DNA of 64,000 bases from Eledone cirrhosa (taxonomy: Eukaryota). The notes under the pieces are model-generated. The model did not search any database. It saw nothing but the letters and a program-made list of their open reading frames with translations, and was not told where the DNA came from. This document shows positions 50,345 through 64,000 of this stretch, piece by piece. How positions within the stretch are numbered: position 1 is the stretch's first letter; each line of letters opens with the position of its first letter. Location of the stretch: assembly GCA_964016885.1 (NCBI GenBank), contig OZ024747.1, positions 10,416,001 to 10,480,000 of the forward strand, given 5' to 3'. The position numbers and the translations under genes are program-made.

Positions 50345-53300
50345 GTGGAAGGAAGCTGTAGTTGAGGTAGACCAAGGAAGATGACAGTGGAAGGAAGCTG
50401 CAGTTGAGATAGACCAAGGAAGATGATAGTGGAAGGAAGCTGCAGTAGAGGTAGACCAAGGAAGATGACAGTGGAAGGAAGCTACAGTAGAGGTAGACCA
50501 AGGAAGCTGCAGTAGAGGTAGACCAAGGAAGATGACAGTGGAAGGAAGCTGCAGTAGAGGTAGACCAAGGAAGATGACAGTGGAAGGAAGCTGCAGTAGA
50601 GGTAGACCAAGGAAGATGACAGTGGAAGGAAGCTACAGTAGAGGTAGACCTAGGAAGATGACAGGGGAAGGAAGCTGCAGTAGAGGTAGACCAAGGAAGC
50701 TACAGTAGAGGTAGACCAAGGAAGATGACAGTGGAAGGAAGCTACAGTAGAGGTAGACCTAGGAAGATGACAGTGGAAGGAAGCTACAGTAGAGGTAGAC
50801 CAAGGAAGATGACGGTGGAAGGAAGCTGCAGTTGAGGTAGACCAAGGAAGATGACAGTGGAAGGAAGCTACAGTTGAGGTAGACCAAGGAAGCTACAGTA
50901 GAGGTAGACCAAGGAAGATGACAGTGGAAGGAAGCTGCAGTAGAGGTAGACCAAGGAAGATGACAGTGGAAGGAAGCTGCAGTAGAGGTAGACCAAGGAA
51001 GATGACAGTGGAAGAAAGCTGCAGTAGAGGTAGACCAAGGAAGATGACAGTGGAAGGAAGCTGCAGTAGAGGTAGACCAAGGAAGATGACAGTGGAAGGA
51101 AGCTGCAGTAGAGGTAGACCAAGGAAGCTACAGTAGAGGTAGACCAAGGAAGATGACAGTGGAAGGAAGCTACAGTAGAGGTAGACCAAGGAAGATGACA
51201 GTGGAAGGAAGCTGCAGTTGAGGTAGACCAAGGAAGATGACAGTGGAAGGAAGCTACAGTAGAGGTAGACCAAGGAAGATGACAGTGGAAGGAAGCTACA
51301 GTTGAGGTAGACCTAGGAAGATGACAGTGGAAGGAAGCTACAGTTGAGGTAGACCAAGGAAGCTGCAGTAGAGGTAGACCAAGGAAGATGACAGTGGAAG
51401 GAAGCTACAGTTGAGGTAGACCAAGGAAGCTGCAGTAGAGGTAGACCAAGGAAGATGACAGTGGAAGGAAGCTGCAGTAGAGGTAGACCAAGGAAGATGA
51501 CAGTGGAAGGAAGCTACAGTTGAGGTAGACCTAGGAAGATGACAGTGGAAGGAAGCTACAGTTGAGGTAGACCAAGGAAGATGACAGTGGAAGGAAGCTA
51601 CAGTTGAGGTAGACCAAGGAAGATGACAGTGGAAGGAAGCTACAGTAGAGGTAGACCAAGGAAGATGACAGTGGAAGGAAGCTACAGTTGAGGTAGACCA
51701 AGGAAGCTGCAGTAGAGGTAGACCAAGGAAGATGACAGTGGAAGGAAGCTACAGTTGAGGTAGACCTAGGAAGATGACAGTGGAAGGAAGCTACAGTAGA
51801 GGTAGACCAAGGAAGATGACAGTGGAAGGAAGCTGCAGTAGAGGTAGACCAAGGAAGATGACAGTGGAAGGAAGCTACAGTTGAGGTAGACCAAGGAAGC
51901 TGCAGTAGAGGTAGACCAAGGAAGATGACAGTGGAAGGAAGTTGCAGTAGAGGTAGACCAAGGAAGATGACAGTGGAAGGAAGCTACAGTTGAGGTAGAC
52001 CAAGGAAGATGACAGTGGAAGGAAGCTACAGTAGAGGTAGACCAAGGAAGATGACAGTGGAAGGAAGCTACAGTTGAGGTAGACCAAGGAAGCTGCAGTA
52101 GAGGTAGACCAAGGAAGATGACAGTGGAAGGAAGCTACAGTTGAGATAGACCAAGGAAGCTGCAGTAGAGGTAGACCAAGGAAGATGACAGTGGAAGGAA
52201 GCTACAGTTGAGGTAGACCAAGGAAGCTGCAGTAGAGGTAGACCAAGGAAGATGACAGTGGAAGGAAGCTACAGTTGAGGTAGACCTAGGAAGATGACAG
52301 TGGAAGGAAGCTACAGTAGAGGTAGACCAAGGAAGATGACAGTGGAAGGAAGCTACAGTGGAGGTAGACCAAGGAAGATGACAGTGGAAGGAAGCTACAG
52401 TTGAGGTAGACCAAGGAAGCTGCAGTAGAGGTAGACCAAGGAAGATGACAGTGGAAGGAAGCTACAGTAGAGGTAGACCAAGGAAGATGACAGTGGAAGG
52501 AAGCTACAGTAGAGGTAGACCAAGGAAGATGACAGTGGAAGGAAGCTACAGTTGAGGTAGACCAAGGAAGATGACAGTGGAAGGAAGCTACAGTTGAGGT
52601 AGACCAAGGAAGATGACAGTGGAAGGAAGCTACAGTAGAGGTAGACCAAGGAAGATGACAGTGGAAGGAAGCTACAGTTGAGGTAGACCAAGGAAGATGA
52701 CAGTGGAAGGAAGCTACAGTTGAGGTAGACCAAGGAAGATGACAGTGGAAGGAAGCTACAGTTGAGGTAGACCAAGGAAGATGACAGTGGAAGGAAGCTA
52801 CAGTGGAGGTAGACCAAGGAAGATGACAGTGGAAGGAAGCTGCAGTAGAGGTAGACCAAGGAAGATGACAGTGGAAGGAAGCTACAGTTGAGGTAGACCA
52901 AGGAAGATGACAGTGGAAGGAAGCTACAGTTGAGGTAGACCAAGGAAGATGACAGTGGAAGGAAGCTACAGTAGAGGTAGACCAAGGAAGATGACAGTGG
53001 AAGGAAGCTACAGTTGAGGTAGACCAAGGATGATGACAGTGGAAGGAAGCTACAGTTGAGGTAGACCAAGGAAGATGACAGTGGAAGGAAGCTACAGTTG
53101 AGGTAGACCAAGGAAGATGACAGTGGAAGGAAGCTACAGTGGAGGTAGACCAAGGAAGATGACAGTGGAAGGAAGCTGCAGTAGAGGTAGACCAAGGAAG
53201 ATGACAGTGGAAGGAAGCTACAGTTGAGGTAGACCAAGGAAGATGACAGTGGAAGGAAGCTACAGTTGAGGTAGACCAAGGAAGATGACAGTGGAAGGAA

Positions 53301-54677
53301 GCTACAGTTGAGGTAGACCAAGGAAGCTGCAGTAGAGGTAGACCAAGGAAGATGACAGTGGAAGGAAGCTGCAGTAGAGGTAGACCAAGGAAGATGACAG
53401 TGGAGGTAGACCAAGGAAGATGACAGTGGAGGTAGACCAAGGAAGCTACAGTGGAGGTAGACCAAGGAAGCTGCAGTAGAGGTAGACCAAGGAAGATGAC
53501 AGTGGAAGGAAGCTACAGTTGAGGTAGACCAAGGAAGCTGCAGTAGAGGTAGACCAAGGAAGCTACAGTTGAGGTAGACCAAGGAAGATGATAGTGGAAG
53601 GAAGCTACAGTAGAGGTAGACCAAGGAAATGACAGTGGAAGGAAGCTGCAGTAGAGGTAGACCAAGGAAGATGACAGTGGAAGGAAGCTACAGTAGAGGT
53701 AGACCAAGGAAATGACAGTGGAAGGAAGCTGCAGTAGAGGTAGACAAAGGAAGATGACAGTGGAAGGAAGCTGCAGTAGAGGTAGACCAAGGAAGATGAC
53801 AGTGGAAGGAAGCTGCAGTAGAGGTAGACCAAGGAAAATGACAGTGGAAGGAAGCTACAGTAGAGGTAGACCAAGGAAGATGACAGTGGAAGGAAGCTAC
53901 AGTAGAGGTAGACAAAGGAAGATGACAGTGGAAGGAAGCTGCAGTAGAGGTAGACCAAGGAAGATGACAGTGGAAGGAAGCTACAGTTGAGGTAGACCAA
54001 GGAAGATGATAGTGGAAGGAAGCTACAGTAGAAGTAGACCAAGGAAATGACAGTGGAAGGAAGCTGCAGTAGAGGTAGACCAAGGAAGATGACAGTGGAA
54101 GGAAGCTACAGTAGAGGTAGACCAAGGAAATGACAGTGGAAGGAAGCTGCAGTAGAGGTAGACAAAGGAAGATGACAGTGGAAGGAAGCTGCAGTAGAGG
54201 TAGACCAAGGAAGATGACAGTGGAAGGAAGCTGCAGTAGAGGTAGACCAAGGAAAATGACAGTGGAAGGAAGCTACAGTAGAGGTAGACCAAGGAAGATG
54301 ACAGTGGAAGGAAGCTACAGTAGAGGTAGACAAAGGAAGATGACAGTGGAAGGAAGCTGCAGTAGAGGTAGACCAAGGAAGATGACAGTGGAAGGAAGCT
54401 ACAGTTGAGGTAGACCAAGGAAGATGACAGAGGAAGGAAGCTACAGTTGAGGTAGACCAAGGAAGATGACAGTGGAAGGAAGCTACAGTTGAGGTAGACC
54501 AAGGAAGATGACAGTGGAAGGAAGCTGCAGTAGAGGTAGACCAAGGAAGATGACAGTGGAAGGAAGCTACAGTTGAGGTAGACCAAGGAAGATGACAGTG
54601 GAAGGAAGCTACAGTTGAGGTAGACCTAGGAAGATGACAGTGGAAGGAAGCTACAGTAGAGGTAGACCAAGGAAGAC
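50345..54677. repeat. 42-bp (with 25-bp deletion variant) minisatellite of 4.3 kb, LINE-derived
   Basis: Unit gtggaaggaagctrcagtwgaggtagaccaaggaagatgaca. Confidence 0.97.
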
Positions 54678-54829
54678 CTGAGCAGAGGTGGTAAGATCTG
54701 ATCTCAAATCACTGAAACTCGCAGAGGAGATGATGAAGAAATGTGGTGAGTGGAAAGATGCTGTCTTGAAAAGGACCCGTCCAGCCCATGCAAGTGTGGA
54801 AGAACAGACGTAAAAACGATGATGATGAT
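54640..54829 (+). mobile_element. RTE-like LINE 3' end with (GAT)n tail
   Basis: VEGSYSRGRPRKT*AEVVRSDLKSLKLAEEMMKKCGEWKDAV, then cccatgcaagtgtggaa..gacgtaaaaacgatgatgat. Confidence 0.75.
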
Positions 54830-55684
54830 AATTTCCAGTGAAATACTTTATATTTTTATTAATTAATGAAGAATTTTGGAAGGATTTAGTAAAATAACAA
54901 CTTCATTTAGATGGTATTTCTAACATAACAAAATTTTCTTACATAAAATTATGTTGAAAGGTTTCTAATTTTAATAGGAACCCTTTAAAATGAGTGATTT
55001 TGTTTCATAGAAACAGAGGTAGTTTGGATGGGTTGATGGGGTCCAATTAGTTGACCTAGGTGAGCCCTGGAAACTGATGTCTGACCTTGGTCAGGTGAAA
55101 AACAAGAAGCTGAGACAACAACAGCCTCATACACAAGAAGAAGGGTTTGTTGGTATCGAAAGTGTTAAACTGAGAACAAGAGGGAATTAGTTATGTTAAC
55201 ACTCCAAATTTCAATATTTTAAGAATTCAACAACAGCAACAACATAACAACAACAACAGCTGCTTTAGTAGCAATAACAACAACAACAGCTGCTGTAGTA
55301 GCAATAACAACAACAGCTGCAGTAACTGCAACTACTACAACAATAACAATAGCTGCAGTACCTGCCACCAACGGATACCTTTAGGTAAACTAACTAATTC
55401 AAGAACAAGTGTAATTAGGGTTTTTATATTGTCACCAGTGTGTTTTTGCTAGTGCTAAAATAAGTGTATATAAGATGTGTTGGGACAATTCTTTAGTTTT
55501 TGTTTGAGATATGGTCATGTACAGTTGACACTTCAGAATATTCTAGGTAGGCTCTCAGAGTTTCAAAATAAGCATATCATTGTAAATTTTCTCTATCTGA
55601 GGGTTCACCATTGGGGCAATGCTATCATGTGCTTAATCTCAAGTTGCTTAAAATATTTCATCAAAAATGTTTGACCAATGAATC

Positions 55685-55891
55685 ATGGATCACCAGCAGT
55701 TAAATGCCTTAGGCATGTCATGTGTGGCTAAATTCCGGATCACCAGCAGCTAAAAGCCTTAGGCATGTCATAATGTGTGGCTAAATCAAGGATCATCAGC
55801 AGCTAAAAGCCCTAGACACATCATATTTTGTGGCTAAATCAAGGATCACCAGCAACTAAAAGCCTTAGGCACGTCATAATATGTGGCTAAA
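55685..55891. repeat. About 52-bp tandem repeat, 4 copies
   Basis: ggatcaccagcagctaaaagccttaggcatgtcat..gtggctaaa. Confidence 0.85.
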
Positions 55892-56319
55892 CTATAAACA
55901 TCTACAACAGTTTATCTGCAGTCTGTAATTAGGACAGGATCTGTGAAATAAACCGAAAAAAAGATACAAGGACTGCATGAAAAACAAAAACCTAAAACCT
56001 GGAGAATACATATGAATGATTGGGAAGAGATGGCAATAAAGTGGAAGAAATGAAGACATTCTGTTAAAAGAAGGAATTGAACATGCTCAGATGAAAGAAG
56101 TTTTAATAAAGTTTTAAGTAAACCTGCCTGATAATAAGCTGAAGAGCTGGAAGTATGATACCTGTGAGCGTGTGTATATATATGTGTGTATGTGTGTTCT
56201 GTCAATAGCAAGCTATTATTAATCACATGGAACCACACACACACTCATAGAAACGTTATATGAAGGATATTTACCAAATAAATTTAGAAAAACAAATATA
56301 TACACACACATATATATAT

Positions 56320-56377
<58 letters not shown>

Positions 56378-57394
56378 GTGTGTGTAAATCATGGGTTCAA
56401 TTGGGCATAACCACAGTAAGTAAAGTACTCAATACATTAGTAAAGTGTAAACATCATATTTAATATAAAAATGGCTTCTACAGGACTAGAACTGTTTCAT
56501 TGAAAAGAAATTGTCAGGAAAGCTTTCCTTATTTCTTTTGAATGAAACAGCTCTAGTCCTGTAGAAGCCATTTCTATATTAAAACATTATATATATATAA
56601 AAACAAAACTACTTGTTTAGAGAAAAGAAAAATGTTAAGTGCGGGGGCGGGGGTGGGGGGTGAGGTGCAGATTTAGAAAGAAATATTATGGTTGTTAGAC
56701 AAAGAAAAGCAAAAGACAACATGTTTAATGATTTATAACTAAATTATGTTATATATCTAAGTTTCATACTAGTGGACAGACAGACAGACACTGAGTGGAA
56801 AGGTGGTGGTGGTGGTGGTGGTGGTGGTGGCTTCTTTAGGTTGATGTCTGTAACATTATTATGGAAAAGAGGTGGGAAGGGATGATGTATTGTTAGTAGT
56901 AGCAGCAGTATTAGTAATATTAATATTAGTAGTATTAATAGTAAAGATTGATGTTAAATTAAAGTTCAGGCTGAAGAGGAAAAATACAAGGACGGGTGGT
57001 GAGGGTGGGGGTGGAAGACCAGCAGTAAATGATTATATATATATATATATATATATACATACACACATATATTTTATAATATATATATATCACACATATA
57101 TATATATATATACACACATATTTTATAATATATATATATACACACACAAATATATGTTATATTATAAACACAACTCTATTTTAGTTTAACGATTTCTATC
57201 AAAGATCTTTCATATTTCCTTATTAGTTGTTTATGTTTAGTTTAGAACAATATTGTTCCTTAATTCATGTCTTAACATTTCAGAGCTTTCACAGCCCCAT
57301 CATCAGAATGGTCACAATAGTCACATCTTCTTCATGTACTTAGCAGTAAAGGATTATGAGGTTGGGGGTAAATTATGGATGCTTCTTCTTTGCC

Positions 57395-57765
57395 CATATA
57401 TTCTTGAGAGTGTTGTGGGGGCAGAGTTCTCAAGCAGGCCTTCCAGTGGATCCTGTTAGAAGCAACCATCTCCAACTGATCCAGCTGGATCCCCAAGTGT
57501 AACCAGCCAAACTCATAGATGTTATCCAAACATTTTGCTTGGGGTGCACCCCTGGGTCTCCTGCCAGTTGGCTTTGCCTGTAAAATCTGTCCAGCAATTC
57601 TTTCCTGAGACATCTTAACCACATATTCATAGTATCGGAGCTGTGCTCCCCCAATTTGGAGAAGTAGCAGCTCTACATGGAACTACTTTCTGATCTGTGA
57701 GCTATGTACTCTATTGAGCAACATTACTCCAAAGACCCTTCGCAGGAACCTCGTTTAAGATGCTT
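57395..57765 (-). mobile_element. RTE-like LINE ORF2 3' fragment
   Basis: VVKMSQERIAGQILQAKPTGRRPRGAPQAKCLD..VASNRIHWKACLRTLPP, a typical G.RP.G.P..W LINE C-terminus. Confidence 0.75.
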
Positions 57766-58323
57766 CAGTTAAAATTTGTCAACAATTGAGGCATGACAAT
57801 TATTATAATTGGTTTGACATATGTTGTATCCATATGTTAATGTTTGGTTTATATTCTGATGTTAATAAAGCATTAATAGTTATTCCCCTTGTCTTCAGCA
57901 GAATTCTATATAGAATTATAGTTGCATATACTACATGAAGATGTGTTGAAATGACACCTAGTTGTAAGTGCATAGTTAAATATTGGGAAAGTGTAGTGCT
58001 TGTGTGATCAGTATAACAGTGTAACAGTCACAAAGTTCATAACATACATTATCTGTGTGTATATATAAACCTATATATTTGTTCTTCTTAATATCGATGT
58101 CTATGTCTAAGAATGAAGATGGGGCTGTGACAGCCTTGAAGCATTAAGTAAGACACACATTTAGGAACCACATTGTGTTCCAAACTAAACATAAAGAACT
58201 AATAAGGAAATATGGAGAATTCTTAATAAAATGATCCAAATGGAACACAGTTGTGTTTTGTGTCATACTTATACACACACACACACATATATATATATAT
58301 TATATATATATATAATATATATG

Positions 58324-58359
<36 letters not shown>

Positions 58360-58460
58360 TATAGAGAATGGGAGAGAGGGGTTGGGAAAGTTGTAAGAAG
58401 TTAGCTTTGAAAAATACATGTGTGTGGCCATGTGAGAATTAGTGTATGTATGTGTGTGTT

Positions 58461-58509
<49 letters not shown>

Positions 58510-58876
58510 CTGTGAGTATAAACAAACCCACATACACACTAACACATGCTTACATGCATTTAGAGATTATGTGTGTGTGTGTGTGTGTGTATAAGTATGT
58601 GTGTGTGTGTGTATATATATATACATATAAACATACACACATGTATATAAATATATATATATATACACATATAAACATACACACATGTATATAAATATAT
58701 ATATATACACATATAAACATACATATATATATATATATATACATTACACACACATATATACATACGTACGTACATTCATATATGTGTGTATATGTATGAA
58801 TTTATATGTAGTAGGTGATGATGATGAAAAAGATGATGATGCTAATGATGATGATGATGGGGCAGGAAGGACTCAC

Positions 58877-59140
58877 TAGGTCGGTTCAAATCAAACGTGG
58901 TCGCAGTCTGTACTGTGGGTGAGGAAACGGGTTGCTGCTGCTGCTGCTGTTGCTGTTGTTGTGGTTGTTGGTGGTGGTGGGGCGGAGAAGATAGGGATAG
59001 TTGCTGCAGTGGGGGACCCGGCATGCCCACTGCCCCAGCACTCGCTCCACCAGCACCCCCTGACGACACAATGCCACCACCACTGCCACCCTGCTGCTGC
59101 TGCTGCTGCACAGTAGCCTGAGGGGTGGGGGATCCCTGAC
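58877..59140 (-). CDS. SMAD4: SMAD4 linker exon with polyQ and Gly tracts (264 nt)
   Basis: gcacag/GTGAGT, phase 1-1; QGSPTPQATVQQQQQQGGSGGG..PPHHHQQPQQQQQQQQQQPVSSPTVQTATTFDLNRP; GC-rich island; assigned to SMAD4 by strand, phase and position. Confidence 0.8.
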
Positions 59141-59937
59141 CTGTGCATATATAAAAACAATGTGGGAAAAAAAAACAATAATAATAATGAGGGTAATGAT
59201 GAAGATGATGGTGAAAAAAAAGATTTTAATAATAATAATAATGATTTCTTTATATAATAATAATAATAGTGATAATAATAATAATAATGATAATAAATAT
59301 TACTGAAAACAGAGTTAGGTACCAAAAATAAGGAAACATGTATTGATGTTCTGGCTGTCCCAGTAATAGTTGTAATAATCATATTGGAAGTCAATTAGTA
59401 ACATGAGACAAGAGCACAAAGAAATAATGACTGCATTTAAAATAGACTGCCTAAAATCATACATACAAAGAAATATATTTACCACAGATACAGGGAGGTA
59501 GGGGTCTGCTGCAACTACAAGAGAAACCACTATAAATAGCTACAAAATATGAGCACGCAACAACTATTTTATGTCTTCAAGGAACGCAACAAATATAGAA
59601 AAAAATATCTGAAGTAAAGGACATTTCTGAAGAGGGGCTAGGAAAGTGTAAAGGACATTATTAAACAAACTAAAAATAGGACTACAAAATATCTTGCTAA
59701 GACGTTTGCAGCAAATGTCTCTAGATGGCCAATATCTTACAACAGGGAACACGGCAGAAGAAGGGGATAAGAAGAGAACTGAAAAATCCCTAGATGGCCA
59801 ATATCTTACAACAGGGAACACAGCAGAAGAAGAGGATAAGAAGAGAATTGAAAACTGAAATTGAAGGATATTTTGGTTTCCCCAGAGCAGAAGACCAAAG
59901 CCATCAGAAACAATCAAAACTATACAATAAAGATTAT

Positions 59938-61217
59938 ATATGTAGAATATATTGAAGGATATAACATATGTAGAATATATTGAAGGATATAACATATGTA
60001 GAATATATTGAAGGATATAACATATGTAGAATATATTGAAGGATATAACATATGTAGAATATATTGAAGGATATAACATATGTAGAATATATTGAAGGAT
60101 ATAACATGTGTAGAATATATTGAAGGATATAACATGTGTAGAATATATTGAAGGATATAACATGTGTAGAATATATTGAAGGATATAACATATGTAGAAT
60201 ATATTGAAGGATATAACATATGTAGAATATATTGAAGGATATAACATATGTAGAATATATTGAAGGATATAACATGTGTAGAATATATTGAAGGATATAA
60301 CATATGTAGAATATATTGAAGGATATAACATATGTAGAATATATTGAAGGATATAACATATGTAGAATATATTGAAGGATATAACATATGTAGAATATAT
60401 TGAAGGATATAACATATGTAGAATATATTGAAGGATATAACATATGTAGAATATATTGAAGGATATAACATGTGTAGAATATATTGAAGGATATAACATG
60501 TGTAGAATATATTGAAGGATATAACATGTGTAGAATATATTGAAGGATATAACATGTGTAGAATATATTGAAGGATATAACATATGTAGAATATATTGAA
60601 GGATATAACATATGTAGAATATATTGAAGGATATAACATATGTAGAATATATTGAAGGATATAACATGTGTAGAATATATTGAAGGATATAACATGTGTA
60701 GAATATATTGAAGGATATAACATATGTAGAATATATTGAAGGATATAACATATGTAGAATATATTGAAGGATATAACATATGTAGAATATATTGAAGGAT
60801 ATAACATATGTAGAATATATTGAAGGATATAACATATGTAGAATATATTGAAGGATATAACATATGTAGAATATATTGAAGGATATAACATATGTAGAAT
60901 ATATTGAAGGATATAACATATGTAGAATATATTGAAGGATATAACATATGTAGAATATATTGAAGGATATAACATGTGTAGAATATATTGAAGGATATAA
61001 CATATGTAGAATATATTGAAGGATATAACATGTGTAGAATATATTGAAGGATATAACATATGTAGAATATATTGAAGGATATAACATATGTAGAATATAT
61101 TGAAGGATATAACATATGTAGAATATATTGAAGGATATAACATATGTAGAATATATTGAAGGATATAACATATGTAGAATATATTGAAGGATATAACATA
61201 TGTAGAATATATTGAAG
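59938..61217. repeat. 28-bp minisatellite, about 46 copies
   Basis: Unit tatgtagaatatattgaaggatataaca with one a/g variant site. Confidence 0.97.
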
Positions 61218-62075
61218 TTACGAAGACATAATCAACCATATTGTTGTTTCTGCCAAATCTTAACCAAAACGGAATTATTACCATTATTATTTAACACCTG
61301 TTTTTTCATGTTGGGATAGGTTGAGGGGTTGTCTTGGACCAAATCAATACTTAAAGTTACTGTCCTCTCAGTGAAAGGGTCAGGAGCCCATCCATATCAA
61401 CAACCACTATACAGAGTATAATAGGTGCATTTTATCATGGTACCACACTAGAAAGGTGCCATGTGCTTCACACAATCCTTTGTTTGCCATAGTTTCTATA
61501 GCTGGATGCCCTACCTAACACCAACCACTTTACAGAGTGTACATGGTGCATTTTATCATGGCACCAGTTCTAGAGAGATTGTCAGCCATTTACTTGACTG
61601 AAGAGATCTCTATACCCTATTGAGGCAGGAGAGCAGGAGTACCTTGTCCCAAGACAGATGTGCTTACAGGGAGAGAATATGAGAGGGGAAAGGATGACAA
61701 ATATGATGTCATAGATGTATGTCAAGTGTGATGGGATTTAATGGGGGATGTAGGGAGGGATCTAGGATAGAGTGAGGAGTGGGGGTACAATGATGATGAG
61801 AACAATTACTAATGATTACCAGAGTTGCCTAGGATACATAGTTATGGAATATATATACACACATACATACATATATATGCATAAAACACACAAACATACA
61901 CGCATATATGTAAATCTCAATACCATCCTCTCTATTTTATGTCCCCTTTCCATGCTGGTATGATATATAAGTTATTTATAGCTAGTTGAAAATAGGGGAC
62001 ATTTCAGAAGTATGAATGTCAGCCCCATCTGATAGGCCCTTAAGAATGTTAAAGATCTTTTTACACAATTCAGAT

Positions 62076-62372
62076 ATCATCACCATCATCCACGCTTTTA
62101 CATCCATTTTTCTATCCTTGCGTGAGTTGGATGGGTCCTTTTTAGCATCTCTTGTTTGAGTCTAAACGATTTCAGATCAGCTCTCACTACCTCTGCCCAA
62201 GTCTTTCTTAGTCTACTGGGATCTCCTGACACATCTTCACCCAGCGGTTATCATCCATACACATCACATATCTGTACCAATGCAGTTTTCTTTGTTGCAC
62301 ACTACTTCGGATTCCTTTTAAACCCAGTTTCTCTCTCAGTTCAACCAAGCTCTGCTTTTCTCTCACAGTGTA
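62076..62372 (-). mobile_element. RTE-like LINE 3' fragment, same family as 54640-54829
   Basis: ELREKLGLKGIRSSVQQRKLHWYRYVMCMDDNRWVKMC, then a homologous 3' tail. Confidence 0.7.
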
Positions 62373-62959
62373 ACTAAAATGTGTGATTGGAATATATAAT
62401 CTTGATTCACCCTCAGAATAAAAGAATTCCATTCCCATGAATCTAATATTTATGTGGGAACCAAATTTGAATACATAATACTTAATCCTTCCATAACTAT
62501 ATTTCTTATAAAATACACTCTGTATGCTTTGGTTATTCTTTGAAAATGAATGAGAACTTTAAAGGATTTAATAAAATAACTTCTTCATTATTACTAAAGC
62601 TAGCGTTAGGAACATGACATAGCAAAAATATTCTAAATATAAAATTATGTGAATATGTGTTGGGCTCAAGTTGACCCCAGACAGGTTGGAATTGAAAAGG
62701 TTAACACAAAAAAAGACATATAGCATAGAGCTGCAATGAAAGGGGTTGGTTGGAATCTGAGGGTGTTTTGCATATATTTTATATTTTAGAATCAGCATTT
62801 GAAATAAGAGACAAGAGATGGAGGCAAGAATTTCATTAAAATGCACCCCCTCCCCCAATCTCTCTAATTTGATGATGATGATGATGATGAAGAATCGACC
62901 ACTTCTTTCAACATACATCATACAGATGAGGATAATGTATATACAGGTCACGACAACCT

Positions 62960-64000
62960 AGACACACACATAAAGACACACAAACACACATACATGCCAA
63001 TACACACACAGACACCAACACACACACACATACAACAACACACACACAGACACCAACACACACAGGCACCAACACACACACAGGCGCCAACACAGACACA
63101 GGCTCCAACACACACACGGACGCCAACACACACACAGACACCAACACACACACAGACACCAACACACACACAGACGCCAACACACACAAACGCCAACACA
63201 CACACAGACGGCAACACACACACAGACATCAACACACACACAGACGCCAACACACACACAGGCACCAACACACACACAGGCGCCAACACACACACAGACG
63301 CCAACACACACACAGGTGCCAACACACACACAGACACCAACACACACACAGACACCAACACACACACAGACACCAACACACACACACAGACATCAACACA
63401 CACACAGACACCAACACACACAGGCGCCAACACACACAGACACTAACACACACAGGCGCCAACACACACACAGACACCAACACACACACAGACACCAACA
63501 CAGACACCAACACAAACACACACACAGACACCAACACACACAGGCGCCAACACACACACAGACACCAACACACACACAGACACCAACACACACAGACACC
63601 AACACACACAGGCGCCAACACACACAGACACCAACACACACACAGACACCAACACACACACAGACGCCAACACACACACAGACGCCAACACACACACAGA
63701 CGCCAACACACACAGACACCAACACACACAGACGCCAACACACACAGACACCAACACACACAAACACACACAGACGCCAACACACACACAAACACACACA
63801 AACACACACACAGACGCCAACACACACACATACACCAACACACACACACAGACGCCAACACACACACATAAACCAACACACACAGACATAAACACACACA
63901 CAGACGCCAACACACACACAGGCGCCAACACACACACACACAGACACCAACACACTCAGATGCCAACACACACACAGACGCCAACACACACACACAGACA
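62960..64000. repeat. CA-rich 16-20-bp repeat running off the window
   Basis: cagacaccaacacacaca / caggcgccaacacacaca units. Confidence 0.95.

Noticed and set aside
50277-54586. Long Leu/Ser/Cys-rich ORFs on -
   Set aside because: Translations of the 42-bp minisatellite.
24550-61217. Regular arrays as CRISPR
   Set aside because: Units are head-to-tail with no unique spacers, there are no cas genes, and the context is eukaryotic introns.
59564-61284. 421-535 aa ORFs on -
   Set aside because: The 28-bp repeat lacks stops on that strand in all three frames.
62908-63995. Val/Cys- and Thr/His-rich ORFs
   Set aside because: CA-rich repeat artefacts.

Overview
AT-rich, microsatellite- and SINE-laden eukaryotic DNA; the repeat landscape and gene content suggest a cephalopod (Octopus-like) genome, which is an inference. 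Two convergent protein-coding genes can be reconstructed by hand. (1) A complete 7-exon beta-sarcoglycan (SGCB) on + (6128-15430, 945 nt, 314 aa). (2) The 3' part of SMAD4/Medea on - (17773-59140: linker plus MH2; the MH1 exons must lie beyond 64000). The rest is CRE-like and RTE-like LINE remnants, several SINE families, Tc1/mariner- and piggyBac-like MITEs, long hairpins and about 14 kb of large minisatellites. Most unusual: a 5 x 102-nt repeat ORF in SGCB intron 5 that can splice in frame as an alternative last exon and whose units differ mostly at codon position 1; symmetric phase-1 candidate microexons (18, 27/9 and 24 nt) in SMAD4 with long intronic hairpins nearby; and minisatellites grown from LINE/MITE ends and splice junctions. 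Most ORFs in the supplied track are repeat artefacts. Repeat boundaries are approximate.
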